Assembly (NCBI RefSeq): GCF_009914755.1
Contig: NC_060928.1
DNA: 64,000 nt
Direction: 5' to 3' (one strand)
Source of the DNA: the human T2T-CHM13v2.0 reference genome, Homo sapiens
Shown here: piece by piece, positions 41,323 through 56,289 of the stretch
Position numbering within the stretch: the stretch's first letter is position 1
Layout of the letters: each line of letters opens with the position of its first letter
Position numbers and translations under genes: made by a program
The notes under the pieces: generated by a model
What the model was told of the DNA's origin: nothing
Databases searched by the model: none
Seen by the model: the letters and a program-made list of their open reading frames with translations, nothing else

Positions 41323-41853
<531 letters not shown>

Positions 41854-42044
41854 CTAAGACAGATTCAGTTTCTCAGAGTAGTTCTCTCCTTGGACAAATT
41901 TCAGTTCAGAATGTAAAATATATAACAAATTATCAGAAACATTGCCCTCTAATTTTTTATACTAATTTGATGAAAGAAAAGTAAAACCTGTTATGTTTTT
42001 TCATATAACTCATTCACATATTTTTAAAATATTTTAAATAGCCT

Positions 42045-42120
42045 TTAGATATATATATGTAAAAATGTATATATATATGTAAAAATTTGTATATATTATA
42101 TATATATGTAAAATATGTAT
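42045..42120. repeat. AT-rich minisatellite, about 3 copies of (TATATATATGTAAAAATG)
   Basis: Imperfect tandem copies seen directly. Confidence 0.85.
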
Positions 42121-43529
42121 ACCTATTTTAGATATGAGCAAACTGGAATTCAGAGACCTTATTGAATTTCCTTTGGCCAGTAGCTCCAGTTGAAAGACTA
42201 GAAACAAATTTAGAATTGCAAAGTTTACAGCCTTGTGATATTTACTGTGTCACAGTAAGGAGATAACACATTAGAGTGTGTCATTAAGCTACATATAGGT
42301 ATAATGAGATGATAATCTCTAAATGTTTAAGAAATAACAGTGGAAAAAGCAGTATCGAAAACTATCCTTATCTTTGACAAGGAATTGATATCACAAGCTT
42401 AGAGGGGCAGAAATTAATGGCCTACTTAATGGTTAAGAAGCTTCTTTATCTATGTGGTTCTTAGAACATGCAGACTTAAAGGATAAAAAACAGCAACAAA
42501 AGCAACAAGAACAAAAAGAAGAAAAATAAAACCACTACTTTTTTGGAAACCACGGCAACATCTCCTAAAAGTCATTGGAAAATTAGGCCACGGTTTCTTG
42601 GAAAGAAGGTCAGTGTTGTAAGACATAGAATCCTCATGAAGCTAATTTAGAAATGTCTTGCTTTTCTGAAACATTTTACTAAGAAACGACAGAGAGTATG
42701 CCAAGATTTATCAAACCCATCAACCTCTACCCCCTTCTGACCAGTGCAAGAGCAAGTGATATTGCTAAAAGAAACCTGCAGTTTTATCTAGTAAATTGAA
42801 TTTATTTATAGGGGACACAGATGGTTTTTTTATCTCATTTTCCTATTGAATAGTATGACATTAAAAGTGAAAAGAGTGTATGAAAAAATGAAGCATTGGC
42901 TAGGTAGATGGTGCTGAAGAACTGAATTTGGTTTGAGAGACTTGGCAGGAATTGGGCACTTCTCACATGGCCCGGGACGAATGGATCTGGCAGGAGTTGG
43001 TGATCTGATTAAAAACATTTTCAGCTAAAATGTGGAAAGAAGGGAGAAAGTGTAAAACTTAAAATGAAGACATTCCAGGGTTAAAAATCAGAAATGTGTA
43101 CAATTTGCCTGTTAAATTGTCAAAAAATTATTGACAAAAGGTTGTGAAATACCTATGATTTCAGATGCTTGTAAAAAATGCAGAGTGTAAGAGTCACAAA
43201 TAATATATAAAACTAGCTCTATCAGTTAAGACTGATTTAACTAAAATATACAGCAGATTATATCAGGTTAGTATTAACTAAACACATATGTTGAACTATA
43301 TACATAATTGTTTTAAGTTCCAATATTTTAAAATGTGCCATTTTAGAATCAAGGAGAATTTCATTAATATTGCAACTATTTATTAATGTAACTTATATCA
43401 CCTTACATGTCTTATTTCAGCCTAATTTTCCTAAATATTCTGTGCAGGATATTTTAACTCCACTTCTGCTATTTACCATTTATGTAAATCTGGATATATT
43501 TTTATCTTCCCAGAGAAGGAGGTTTATAA

Positions 43530-43720
43530 CCAAATGTTAACTCCAACCTTACTGAGGGACCTTGAGAAAGTTTCTCTTATTTTTAGTTTATAAGACTCAG
43601 TGTATTTATCTGTCAAATAGGAAGGAATACTCTATTTCATTACTGTTGTCATAAGGATTAAGCAGAAATGATTTTGTAACAAAGCACTTAACATGGCTTC
43701 TAGGATATAGAAAGCACAGA
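43530..43720 (+). mobile_element. MIR SINE
   Basis: GACCTTGAGAAAGTT...CTCAGTGTATTTATCTGTCAAATAGGA...TTGTCATAAGGATTAA...AAAGCACTTAACA. Confidence 0.7.
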
Positions 43721-43817
43721 TACCCTACAACTGCTTCATCTTCTTACCCAAAATCAGGCCCATCTAGAAGTCTGGGAGTTATTCCTGACTATACCTTCTA
43801 ACTCATCAAATATATTT

Positions 43818-46800
43818 CTAATTGATGCATAATAGGTATTCACAGTTTTGAATACATTCAAATAATTTGTAAAGAACAAATCAGTGCACTTGGGATGTCA
43901 TCACCTCAAATATCTGTCTATTTTCATTGTTGTTGTTGTTGTTTGAGACAGGGTCTTGCTCCGTCACCTAGGCTGGAGTGCATTGCTGTGATCTCGGCTC
44001 ACTGTAACCTCTGCCTCCCATACTCAAGCAAAACTCCCAGCCTCTCAACTCAGCCTCCCAAGTAGCTGGGACTGCAGGCATGCACCACCACACCTGGTTA
44101 ATTTTTGTATTTTTCATAGATAAGAGGGTTTCGCCATGTTGCACAGGCTGGTTTCAAACTCCTGGGCTCAAGTAATCTGCTTGCCTTGGCCTCCCAAAGT
44201 GCTGGGATTACAGATGTGAACCACCTTGCCCTGTCTTTTCTTTCTGATAGAAATGTTTCAGTTATTCTCTTCTAGCTCCTTATATATCCTGGTTATTAAT
44301 TCCATGTCAAAGGGGGTGGTTTGTAAAGATTTTCTCCCATTTAATGCATTGTCACAATACATTGTTGATTGTTTCCTTTGCTGTGTAGAAGCTTTTTAGC
44401 TTGAGGTAATCTTATATATCTATTGTTGCTTTAGTTGCCTGTGCTTTTGAGGTCTTACACAGAAATATTTGCCCAGACCAGTTCTGTGGAGCATTTCCCC
44501 AATGTTTTCTTCTGGTAGTTTTATAGTTTCAGGTCTTATATTTAAATCTTTGATCTATTTCAATTTGATTTTTGTGTATGGTGAGAGATAGGGAGTCTAG
44601 TTCATTCTTCTGCATATGGATATCCAGTTTTCCCAGCACCATTTATTGAAGAGACTGCCCTTTCCCCAGAGTATTTCCTTGACAACTTTGTTGAACATAA
44701 GTTGGCTGTAAATGCTTGGATTTATATCTGGGTTCTCTATTCTGTCCCATTGGTTTACGAGTCTGTTTTATGCCAGTTTCATGCTGATTTGGTTACTATA
44801 GCTTTGTCACAAATTTTGAAGTCAGTTAATGTGATGCCTCCAGCTTTGTTCTTTTTGCTCAAGCTATTCAAGGTCTTCATGGTTTGATATGAATTTTAGG
44901 GTTTTTTTTTCTATTTCTTTGAAGAATGTCATTGGTATTTTAATAGGAGTTGTATTGAATATATTAATTGCTTTTTATAGTATTATTATTTTTAACAGTA
45001 TTAGTTCCATGAGCATGGAATATCTTTCCATTCATTTGTGAAATTTTCAATTGCTTTTATCAGTGTTTTATAGTTTTCCTTGTATAGAATTTTCACTTCT
45101 TTTTTTAAATTGATTCTTAGGAATTTTACATTCTCTTTATCTATTGTAAACAGGATTCTTTTCTGATTTATTTTTCAGATTATTCACTGTTAGTATGTAT
45201 AAATGCTACTGATATTGGTATGTTAATTTTGTGTCTTGCAACATTATTGAATTTATCTTTTCTAAGAGTTTTTTGGTGGAGTCTAAATTTTTCAAAGAAT
45301 AAGATTATGTCGTTTGTGAGCAAGGATAAATTAATTGACTTCTTTTTTTTTCCAATTTGTATGCCCTTTAATTTAACTTCTTTTTTCTCAATTTGGATGT
45401 CCTTTATTTATTTCTCCTGCCTACTTGCTCTGACCAGGACTTGAGGTGCTATTTTGAATTAATGTGGTAGAAGTGGACATTCTTTTCTTGTTCCTGATCC
45501 TAGACAAAAGGTCTTCAATTTTCTACATTAATTACAATGTTAGCTGTGCTTTTTTCATATATGGCCTTAATTATTTTGGAGTATGTTCTTCTATACCTAG
45601 TTTAACGAGCATTTTTATCATAAAGGAATGTTAAATTTTATTGAATCTTTTCTGCCTCAATTTAGATGATTACATAGCATTGTACTTGGTTCTGTAAATG
45701 TGATGTATATCTTTATTGATAAGCATATATTGAATCATCCTTGCATTAGTGAGATGAATTCCACTTGATCATGTGAATGATCTTTTTAATGCGTAATGTG
45801 TTCAATTAGCTAGTATTTTGTTGAGAACTTTTGCATCTATGTTCATTAGTGATATTGGCCTGTAGTTTTTCTTCCTTGTTGTTATTTCCTTGCTTAGGTT
45901 TGGTATCAGGATAATGCTGGCCTCATAGAATAAGTTTGAATGTTGTCTTTCCTTATCAATTTTTTAGAAGAATTCGAGTAGAATTGGTCTTAATTATACT
46001 TTAAATGTTAGTAGAATTCAGCAGTGAAGCCATCAGGTCCTAGACTTTCATTCGATGAGAGATTTCTATATTTCTTAAAGATCACTGAGCTTCCTTAAAA
46101 CTTCAGTTTTAAATTCTTTATCAGAGAGCTGAAATTTTACCATCTCATTGGGGTTAGTCACTGATTTCTTGCTTTGTCCATTTGTGGACATCATGGTTCC
46201 TTGTTTGCTGCAGTTTCTTGTGGATGTATACATATGTCTTCACATTGAAGGATTAGTTATTTATTCCAATATTCTCTGGTTTGTTTTGGTTTTTATTTGA
46301 TATATTTGCTTAGAGGCTCTTTACTGCTAGGTCACTGAATCCTTTTTGGCTCTAGGTGGTGCCTTAGGCTCAGATTCACATTGACTCTAGTAAACAATCA
46401 TAGCACTGTCTTTTCAAAATGGGGGAGGTCCCAAAGGGGATATTCTAGCAGTGTAAGAATACTCACTAGGGGTTTGTACCTAGGGGACTTTTTAAATGAA
46501 CCTCTTACAATATGGTGCTGTTGAACAACCACTCTGATTTGGTGTCATTTGGGCCAAGTTACAGAACAGAGTTTTTAGAGTTTGGGGATGGTACTCCTGC
46601 CTTCCCCTTTTGTTTCTGCCTGTCTTCAGGGGTATTTCTTCTTTCTGGCACTCAATGCTTCCTGTGGATTAAGGTAAGAACAGATCTCCTTTCAAGGTAC
46701 TCAAGATGGTTGGGGAAGCTGGTTGTTCACCTTGATGTCACTGTTTCCAGTGTAGAAGCTGTAGGATAGGGAAAAACTTTCTACATGCTTGGTACCATGC

Positions 46801-47024
46801 AGAATGAGGGGTGGGGCATTGTGTATGTGGAAGTCTGATTCTCTTACCATCTGCTCAGAGATTTTTCACTTTCCTGTGGCCCTAACAACTGTCTCATATT
46901 CACATTTGAGTTCTGGGATATTGCTGGCAATAATCTGAGCACCATCTATTTGTTTTTGTTTTTCTTTTGGGGGAAGTGAAGCCAGCTTGCTTCTATGCCT
47001 CCATTTTGGAACCAGACGTCCCAT
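43818..47024 (-). mobile_element. L1MA (L1MA4/L1M2-like) element with both ends, internally deleted and interrupted by an AluJ
   Basis: 3' end ...AAATCAGTGCACTTGGGATGTCATCACCTCAAA; antisense ORF2 at about 44278-46065 (TTTCCCAGCACCATTTATTGAAGAGACTG etc.); 5'-region-like sequence to about 47022. Putative TSD ATCAAATATATTT (43805-43817) / ATCAAATATCTTT (47025-47037). Confidence 0.85.
43927..44233 (-). mobile_element. AluJb-like element with a (TTG)n-converted tail
   Basis: (TTG)5-TTTGAGACAGGGTCTTGC...CTCCTGGGCTCAAGTAATC...; lies inside the L1MA 3'UTR. Confidence 0.95.
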
Positions 47025-48229
47025 ATCAAATATCTTTTTCCATTCACTGATTTGGAAACTAAATATCAGTGATATGACCCCTCTCTTCATCTTCATTATT
47101 AGTGTCTGAGCTTATGTCCCTGGTATCTATTACTTGAAAATTTATAATAGACTTCAACCTAGTCCACATGAAATTCATCCATAAAGCATAGACAAGTGCC
47201 ATGACCCCCTGACTTCAGCAATTCCTGAATTTTGCTTTGTTCCAATTTGTTGGTTAGTTTGTTTTTTAGACAATCAAATATGTGTTTAAATTTCTGAAAA
47301 TACACTTAGTTGTTGTTGGAGAGCAAGCCATCTTCCCTCTCTCAGTACAAGTAGTTTATTTGAGCAATACTGCAGAATTAGCTGTGAGGTTCTAATTCAA
47401 GCTTGGAAAATGTGAGCCTTTCATCCCACATTACACATGGATTGATTCAAGAGTAGGAAGGGAACCCAAGTTTATGTAATGAGAAAAAATTGTTGGACTT
47501 TGCATACATGACCAAGAAGCAGATAAAGAAGCACATAATCCTTACTTCTTACTTTTGAGACATATAAGCCTGTATTTTCTACTACAATTTTTGCACACCT
47601 CAATGAGCAAATGTGTATGTCTGAGAAGAATCAGTCCACTTGGTCAGGACCAAGATCATTAGGATTTTCTAGTTACTGTATCCAAGCCTCTCTTTATGCT
47701 TGTGGATTCCTTAAATATATTCTGTCATTCATCCCCCTATATTTCTATGTACTATTTCTTTGGCCTCAGATACTAGATTCCTCACTTAATACACACACAT
47801 GTATGCATGCACATGCAGACACACAAAAATGAACTCCCACACTCACATACAACCTTCAATAACATTGCTCTGCTCTACTTCATTTCTATCTGCGCTTGTC
47901 CCTTTATTAGCATAGTGTTTAAAGATTTGCTGTTGTTTCTGATTCTCAAACTGGTCCATTACTACTGTGAGGGTAGGAAGTGGTATAATATTTATCTTTT
48001 GCCCTAAGAGCTTGACTTTAAGGTAGGCATTTATTAAATTCTTTTAAATTGGCTTCTATAAAATATGTATTCATGGAAGAAAAATTTTATGAATGTATTT
48101 TGCAAGTGTATTTTTATACAATGATAGAATTTTCAGTGGAATTTGAATGTTTTATTCTTTGATTTCAGAAAACTGGGAAAAAGAAAGAATATAATTACTC
48201 TTGCAAAATAGTTCACCTAAAGGAAAACA

Positions 48230-48435
48230 ACAGCTAATATTAATGGAGCATTTGCTATGTAATGTGCTCTATGTTACAAGCTTTTCATTTAATTTTAAAA
48301 GCAAACTTATGGATATAATATTAAATATTAGAAAATAGAAAAAAACATTGAGTTTTGGAAAAGTAAATTAAATAGGCATCACATTGTTAATTAAAAGCAC
48401 TAGTAATGTTGGAACTCAGGCAGCCTAATTCTAAC
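48230..48435 (-). mobile_element. MIR SINE, diverged
   Basis: AGCTAATATTAATGGAGCATTTGCTATGT...GGAACTCAGGCAGCCTAATTC. Confidence 0.55.
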
Positions 48436-51400
48436 ATTTAGATATTGAAAAATTGTACTACAGTGTATGAGTTAAGTACATATTATTAAGCTTTTAATAG
48501 AATATTGTTGAGACTTTCTTATTAATGAATTTATCATAATTACTAGGGTTAATTAAACACCATTTTACAAAAATTTACAGTAATATTTTATGCCAAATCA
48601 GTTATCAAATCTCTTTTTACCTAAAAGGCACTGTAATTAATAGCAGTGCCTATTGAATCACTCTACCACCAAACGTGTTTTGAACCTCCATTCAGCCTTT
48701 TTCTAGATAAAAAATCATGTCTCTGTGTTAGTTTCCTCATGTGTTAAAATGGGTAACTGACAACAAATAATTATGGAAAAGTCAATTAAAGTAGGGTTTT
48801 TCCATTTATAAACTAAGTCAAATTAAAGGTATTCAGTAAAGTTTATTTTTTTAAGCAGTAAAAATAACACAAATAATGAAATATTAAAATTTGGTGGAAA
48901 ATTGATGCATCTATCTTAAAGGTATGATTACTTAGTAATATTCAAACAAATAATTGTTGTCTTTAGAATTTCAGATTTGTGTATATACTTAAAGGTGGTA
49001 CATTGCTCCCTACACTGGTAAAGTGTCCTAAGAATGAATCTTATGAAACTACGCTTACCTATTAGCCTATTAGTGGCCAACAAATTACAACAAATTTTAG
49101 CCAGGTACTTATCCATTAGTTTTACCTTTTACTGCATATTAAAAAAAATACACATATTTGGAACATTAAAAAAAATAAAGAAAGCTCTTAGGTTCTTTGA
49201 TGGGGGAGAGATAGAGGGTAACAGTGATATGAGAATTGAAGGCAATAGTATAAAAACTTATAAAAGTGAAGGACAAGTTTGTATAAATTTGGAAATATTC
49301 ATGAAATAATAAATTGAACATGAGATGAAACAGAAAATCACTCAAAGAATATCAAATGCACGAAACATTTTTAAGAGAGGTAGAGATTAATGTCTGATGT
49401 ACCAAGTGTCATTTCAACTGGAATTAAGGGACATCTTGGATAGATCTCAATGGCATTGATTATTTCCTACTCATCTTTGAATCCTCAACACTTTATCGTC
49501 TTCTTACACATAATTGACCTTCATAACTGTGTGACTGATGAAAGAGTAAGCCCAATCATTATGGAGAAAAGCAACAGAATTCAGTGGAATTAAACTAACT
49601 GTTTCTCTATTAAACTGTCATTTAAATACCTTTATCAAAACAATCATAATTTTAGGATAAGTAATGTTGATGATTTTAGAATTTCTCTTAAAATTTGAGC
49701 CTGCCATATGCCAGATATGGTAACTGTTAAAAGATTCACTTTTGATGTTAGACAAAGAAAAAAAATAATAACCATAGTTTAAAAATCACAGCTTTAAAAA
49801 GTTCAACTGTTTATTTTACATCCTTATCATTATTTTTAGCATATTTAAATTTAAAAAATTTCTGTGTTAAACATATCAAAACGCACTCATTTATTCATTC
49901 ACTTCTATTTGTTTACACTCTTTTTTCTTATACTTTACAATATTTGACTACTGGAGTGATTATAAATACAAGCAGACATTGTAGTGTTTTTCCTTTGTAA
50001 TTCAAGCAGCTGAATACTTAATTAATTATGCATTTCAATGGAATTGAACATGAAGGTAAAGCCAAAAAGAAATAGGAATAAATCTGTATTATTAACTAAC
50101 CAAAGAGCAAAAGGATCAGACCCTACCAAATCATACTCTGTACAGTATATTAACTCTAAGTCAGTAAAACTTTTTCAAATGGAAAGGGTAATGATAAATT
50201 GTTTTAAGCACGTACATGAGTGCATGGACTTCTAATAAAATATTCTGACCCAGTAATGTTTAAAAACCTGCTGATCTCAATTGAGCAGAAAGATTACCAA
50301 ATTAAAAATCATTCATAAAGTGATTGAGTCTCATTTCTGTCAGACTCATGGTAGAAAAACTTTACCAGCTCTCCCATATATTAGAAGAATTATTTTATTT
50401 TATGTAGTTGCTCATAGAGCAAATACAGTAAATCGAAAAGCATCAGAAATACTTAAAAAACACCTAATTATAGAGCATTTTTAATTTAGAAGGGAGACTT
50501 GCTTTCTGAACCTATATGACACAATAATAAATTGAAAGTAATAAATTACTTTTTGGATTTATGAAATGAAAAACATAAGACAATATGAAATTTAGACAAC
50601 CTTATATAATTAAGAACTAATTTTAAATTACATTTGAACATTAGACTTAAAACTTTGATTTACACTAAATAAGAAATGAAGGAATAAAATCAATTATTCT
50701 GGCCTTCATGGATTTTAAATAACTCCAAGCGAACGTTAATATTTGAGGTGAGTTTGAAGGGGGTCTCATCTTTTACAAATTGCATAGTACTAACCAGGAA
50801 AGTGATAGCACTTACAACACTGCTAGTTTTTCAATTAACCATAATAACGGTCAGACAAAACTATAGGAGTGAGACTTTATTCAACTTTCTTAATATTTTG
50901 TGGTCTTCTATTACAGTAATATATCATCTAAAGCTCTAATTTTCACGTAGATTTATGCTATTTACAAGTCTTAATAGACTCGTAGCTCTACAAGGTAGGT
51001 TGTTTGAAATACCTCTCAAGAGCTAGCAATCAAAGTAAGTAAAATTGAAGTGTTCAGGTTCAAGTTGAATGGCAGGTTCTTTGTTTTCTTCAACTTCTTG
51101 TACAATTGTCCTTTTCTTTTCCTTTTTTTTAGAGAGAGAAAATATACAAACCTCTATAGTTTAGTTTCTGTGAAGATAAGCCAAGCTGCCACAGACTACT
51201 GGCTCCTTCCCTCAAAATCAACACTGAAGAGAATCTAGAAGCTAGAGGAAAAATAAACCTGAATTCTAGTAACTCAGGCAGCATCCAAAAACTTAACAAA
51301 TCTCTAAGAAGATTAAAGAATGTTTTTAATTAATATCTGTGTGGAAATTGAGTTGCCACAGCCCAAAGAAGAGAAATTTTGGAGTAAGATGTAAGAGGGT

Positions 51401-52489
51401 AGATTGGAGAAAAACTTTCAAAAATGTTTCTCTTGCTTCTCCCCCATACCCTTCTGACAAGCATTGCTTGTTTGCTCTGGGTAGTAGCAGTGTAGCACGA
51501 AACCTGTGCTTGGATGGTAAGTTGAAGACAGGATTTAATGACCAGCGGCCCTCAGGCATTCACTGCCATTACTCCTTATGTAAGGCTGCAAGGCTGTTCG
51601 AATACTTATCGTGGAGGCAGCCTCCTTTCATTACTGCTTCTTCTCAGTGGTTTATAGGTTATACCAAGCCTAGGATGTTGTCCTTATCCAGGGGATTCAT
51701 GATGGCCTCCCTCCTTATAAACATCCTCAACACAAGGAGAAGAAACATTCATCTTCTACTTTTAGAACACATTAGAGATATTACATCCCCCAGAATTTAC
51801 CTTTCATCTCATTGGACAGAATTCAGTTATGTTGTATACATGGCCATATGTGGTTGCAGGAGAAGCAAGGAAATATAATGTGTGCACACACAGAGACAGG
51901 CATACCCGCATATATTTATTTACATATATAAAGATTTTTTTCTGGGTGAACATATGCCTCATAAGAATTAAAGTCTTAATTACCGAAGAAAAGTTGAACA
52001 TGTTTCCTGGGTTTCAACTAAAAGATTCTTCCATAATCCAATCCATTCCCTTCCCAAGTAGTCCTGCACACTCATCTCATCTTTTTGAAGAATATCAACT
52101 CTCCCACTTTCTATATGAAACAACACATATCCTATTTCATTTGCTGCATCTACCTTAAGGTTCAGAATCTTTGGGTCATGTGTGAAATTCTTCAGGTTAT
52201 TTCCTTGCAATGTATCACATACACAATTGTATATTAGTTAGTATAGTAAAATTTTATTCAGAAATAGAAGGAATAAATATTTTATGGCCACTGGTGAACA
52301 GCAAACTCCAAATCTCATGGAAAAGCAGAGACTTTCTTGCCAAGAAGGAAACTATGTATCTTGATTGGCTCACCTGGCTGTAATAAGTTTCATTTTCTGA
52401 GAGACTCTTCTTATACCTTTCCTTCCATGGCCACATGCTCTCCAGCATTGGAGAGCAGGCATTTTTGGACTCTGAAAGGCATTCACAGC

Positions 52490-52825
52490 CTGATTGTAGC
52501 TAATAGTAGTTTAACAGCTTGAAATTGGAAAATGCTACATATCAGGACTGAAGAATATGTTAATAACACAAATTAAGCTCAAAACTGTCTTAACTTTAAT
52601 CATTACATTGTAAATGGCACAAAAGATTTAAAGAGATGTCTTTCCAATATTTTAAAATTATAATATGTTTTAGCAAATTAATCACACACGTGGTCAATGA
52701 ACAAGTGAATGCCTACCATATGGCTTTGTAATTTCTTTTTTCTCTTACTTGTTAATGCAAAGAAAATATCAATCAAATTTAATGTCAAAACTACCCTTGT
52801 TCATCTGGCGTAACCGTAGACTGTC
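52490..52825. mobile_element. MER63-like hAT DNA transposon relic, apparently split by the LTR and resuming at about 53363-53435
   Basis: AACAGCTTGAAATTGGAAAATGCTACATATCAGG resembles recalled MER63 sequence. Confidence 0.45.
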
Positions 52826-53362
52826 TATTGAAGGATATCAGAACATGCCACCCCAAAATATGCCACTCTGGCACACTATTTTCAGTTAAAGGCACTTAAA
52901 AACAGCAGATGCAAGATAAACATTCTGACCTTCCTTCTGTTTTCAAAAAGCAGGAAATAAAATTCCAATAGGAAAGATGATGTTTTCCTTATTCCAGGAC
53001 TGTAAATTCTTATCATCTAGGATGGGAAGTTGAGGCTAGAAAAATCTGTAAAAACAAACTTTATCAAACTAATCCTTATCTTCCTAGTAACTTCTCCACC
53101 CAATTAATTACTGTATACCATAGCTCTAGTTGCCTTACCTTGCAACATTTTCACATTTACTTTCTTTTGGTCTAATTCAGTATACAAGTGTTTAACTCTG
53201 TGTCATTGAGTTTTAATTTCATTATGAAGTCTTGATTGAGCATAAAACTTGTATTAAATAAACTATATACTTTTTTTCTATTGATCTGTCTTTTCTCAAT
53301 GTAACTGTCATGTCCAACTGAAAAACTCTAGAAAGTAGAGGTAAAATTTTGTCTCACCTACA
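52826..53362 (+). mobile_element. MER34/MER39-family ERV1 solo LTR
   Basis: CAGAACATGCCACCCCAAAATATGCCACTCTGGCA...CATAAAACTTGTATTAAATAAA...TTTTGTCTCACCTACA. Confidence 0.85.
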
Positions 53363-53484
53363 CTACAGATATGAGCATTTGACTGAAATCAATAACGGCA
53401 TTCTATAAGAATCAATTCACTATTTGAAATTATCAATAAAGTATAATTTATATTCTATTATTTGTGAAGTATTTGCTTTATCAT

Positions 53485-53625
53485 TACACCTTGCATTAAT
53501 GTGGTACATTTGTTATAATATATGAATCAATATTAATGTACTACCAACTGAGGTCCATAGATTACATTCAGGTTTACTCTTTGTGTTGCACATTCTATAG
53601 ATTTTGAAAAATGTAAAATTCATGA
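53485..53625 (-). mobile_element. L1MC 3'UTR fragment
   Basis: GTGGTACATTTGTTATAA...GTCCATAGATTACATT...TTTGTGTTGCACATTCTATAGATTTTGA. Confidence 0.75.
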
Positions 53626-53709
53626 TCAATATACTTTAAATATAGAATTTAATCAAAATAGACAAAAATGTTAATGTGACTAAGCTACACATTTGTTTCT
53701 AGGTTTATG

Positions 53710-53850
53710 TTGTATGGTTTCTCTCCCTACTGGAATATTGGCCCATTAGGAGTCCTTAGACTATTTTGTTTACTATTATATTTGCAATGCCTAGGGCAGT
53801 TTCTTGCATGGAGTAGATGCTCAGTAAATATATGTTGAATATACAAGAGT
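53710..53850 (+). mobile_element. L2 3' end
   Basis: CAATGCCTAGGGCAGTTTCTTGCATGGAGTAGATGCTCAGTAAATATATGTTGAAT. Confidence 0.8.
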
Positions 53851-54379
53851 GAATTTAAAAATAGGCATTAAATATTTTTGAGACAGAGTTCATATTTTCT
53901 AGTACAAAACAAAATAAGGGACTGGAGCAAACAATTTTAAACTATATTTGAAAATCTCAAAAATGTTGTAATGATAAAGAGGGAAAGAGGTGAAGAAATT
54001 AATTATAAAATGTATAATTATTTATTCCCAAAACAGAACATACGTAACATCTCATTAGCTACCATATCCAGTGAAGTGTTTACAAATAGGTCACATTTTC
54101 AACTAAAATATAAATATTAATCACGATTGGTGTTCTTCATGTAAAATAGTAAATACAAAGGAGGAGCCATAAATAAATAATAGAAAACATAGTTTGTGGG
54201 GTATAGCAAAATTAATTATTTAGCACAGATAGCATATATATTTAATAATAATTTGTTAGTGAGTGAAAGAAACCACTATAAGAATTGAAAAAGTCATGAA
54301 CATCCAATAGGTGTAAAAAAATACAATGAAACTGGCTTCAGGAAGTTCGCTTATAAAGCTTTTGGAAAAAAAGAAATGG

Positions 54380-54790
54380 TACTCTCACATATTCTAAAAT
54401 CTGAAAAGAGTTAAAATAGTTACAAAGGTGTGGAGCTGACTTTAAGAAAAGGAGCAAGGGATAATACAGTGCCCATTTATAGAGATAGGGAAAAAGACAG
54501 AGATACAGACAGGGAGAACTACGTGGAAGGGATCACTTGGCAAGAACTCTCTCCTTCATAAGATTAACACAACCAATGCAGAGAGATATGGCAGAATAGG
54601 AGAGAGTTGGGGGACTAAATACCTCTAACTCTCTCTTTTCCCATTCTCTGTATCCCCTGTCAGCATCTCTTTTTGTGAAAATCTCATCATAAAATTGAAA
54701 GGAATCAATCCATTGATGTGGCCAATAAAAATCCACCTTTCAGTCATAGAACAGGATGCAGAAAGTAGAGAATAACATTCATAACATAAG
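54380..54790 (-). mobile_element. LTR33-like ERVL LTR
   Basis: GGGGACTAAATACCTCTAACTCTCTC...CCATTGATGTGGCCAATA...AGAACAGGATGCAGAAAGTAGAGA. Confidence 0.5.
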
Positions 54791-55166
54791 GTGTCACTTG
54801 AGTTTATCTTTGCAAATTTGCTTAGGTCTGAAAAATGAGTATGAGTTGACTTAGGCTTCTGCCAACCAGACTTGATTAAGTATCACCTAACCAGAATATT
54901 CATATGTTATATTTTTAGTGACCTCTTGTTCAATTAGTCATTGACATTAATAATGCCCAGGGCCAAATACCCATAAAACCACAGCTGTGATCAATCACAA
55001 TTAAATTGATTATTTTGCTATAGCAATATAATTGGAGGAGTCAAGAGATGTCTCTTTAAGGAGAGGATATTATAAGGTGTGAGCCAATAATAAATGACAT
55101 AGGAGAGCACTCAAGGAAGCAAGGGTCTATTCCAGATTAGGCACTAGTAGGAAAGAAAGAGATTTG

Positions 55167-55167
<1 letters not shown>

Positions 55168-55197
<30 letters not shown>
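55168..55197. repeat. (TG)15 microsatellite followed by GA/TG/TCTA low-complexity sequence
   Basis: Seen directly. Confidence 0.95.
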
Positions 55198-55204
<7 letters not shown>

Positions 55205-55973
55205 TGTGTGTGTGGGATGTGTGTATAAGTGTATGTATGTGAGTTTACACATCTATCTATCTATCTATTATATATATCTCCAGTGAAAGACAATTATTTG
55301 GGGTTTGTCTTTGCATAGCGGTGCCCTTGTATTTGGCTATTTTCAGACATCACTTAACAATGATTATGGAGTGTTCTTGTTTGGGTCTTGTTCCATCCTT
55401 GTTCCATCAAGTCTGTGAAGAGTCCTCGTATGATGTTTATATATTGTGAAATTGCTCATGTCCAGTAGGAAAGACTCCATGCTAGCTGTTTTTCTTCTGT
55501 TGTCAACTGGATCCTACAAGGGACATTTTTCTTCCTCTCTAAGCCACTTTTTTTGGCTAACAGCATCTGATATCAGGCTGCATTTAAGACACAGGATTTT
55601 AATTTGTTGAGGCCAGATTCACATGGTTTTTAAGATTCTGTTGATGAGAAAGTTGTTGTCTATAGTTGGACAAGAGTGTTTCCCTCCTGTTCCTTTTGTA
55701 ACATGTTGAGTTATTGAATTATCTAATGTGACAATGGCTTCACATTATTAACACTACTCTAAATAGGAAACATTGGCCAGCTACAATGCATACAGTTACA
55801 AAAATCAAAGGTTGATTTGTTCATGTAAAGAGCTATGAAGCTAGGGCCTAGAAAACAAATCCCAATTATTAACATATGTTCTAACATCTAGCTAGGTTAT
55901 TTTTTAGATTCGATTGTTCTTTTATTTTAGAGAAGTCACACATTTATATAAATGCAGCAGGAATTTTATATAG

Positions 55974-56289
<316 letters not shown>

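Noticed and set aside
51339-51878. Longest ORF in the window (179 aa)
   Set aside because: GTG start, no recognisable domain, no convincing splice signals, and it overlaps MLT1-like degenerate sequence. Consistent with a chance ORF.
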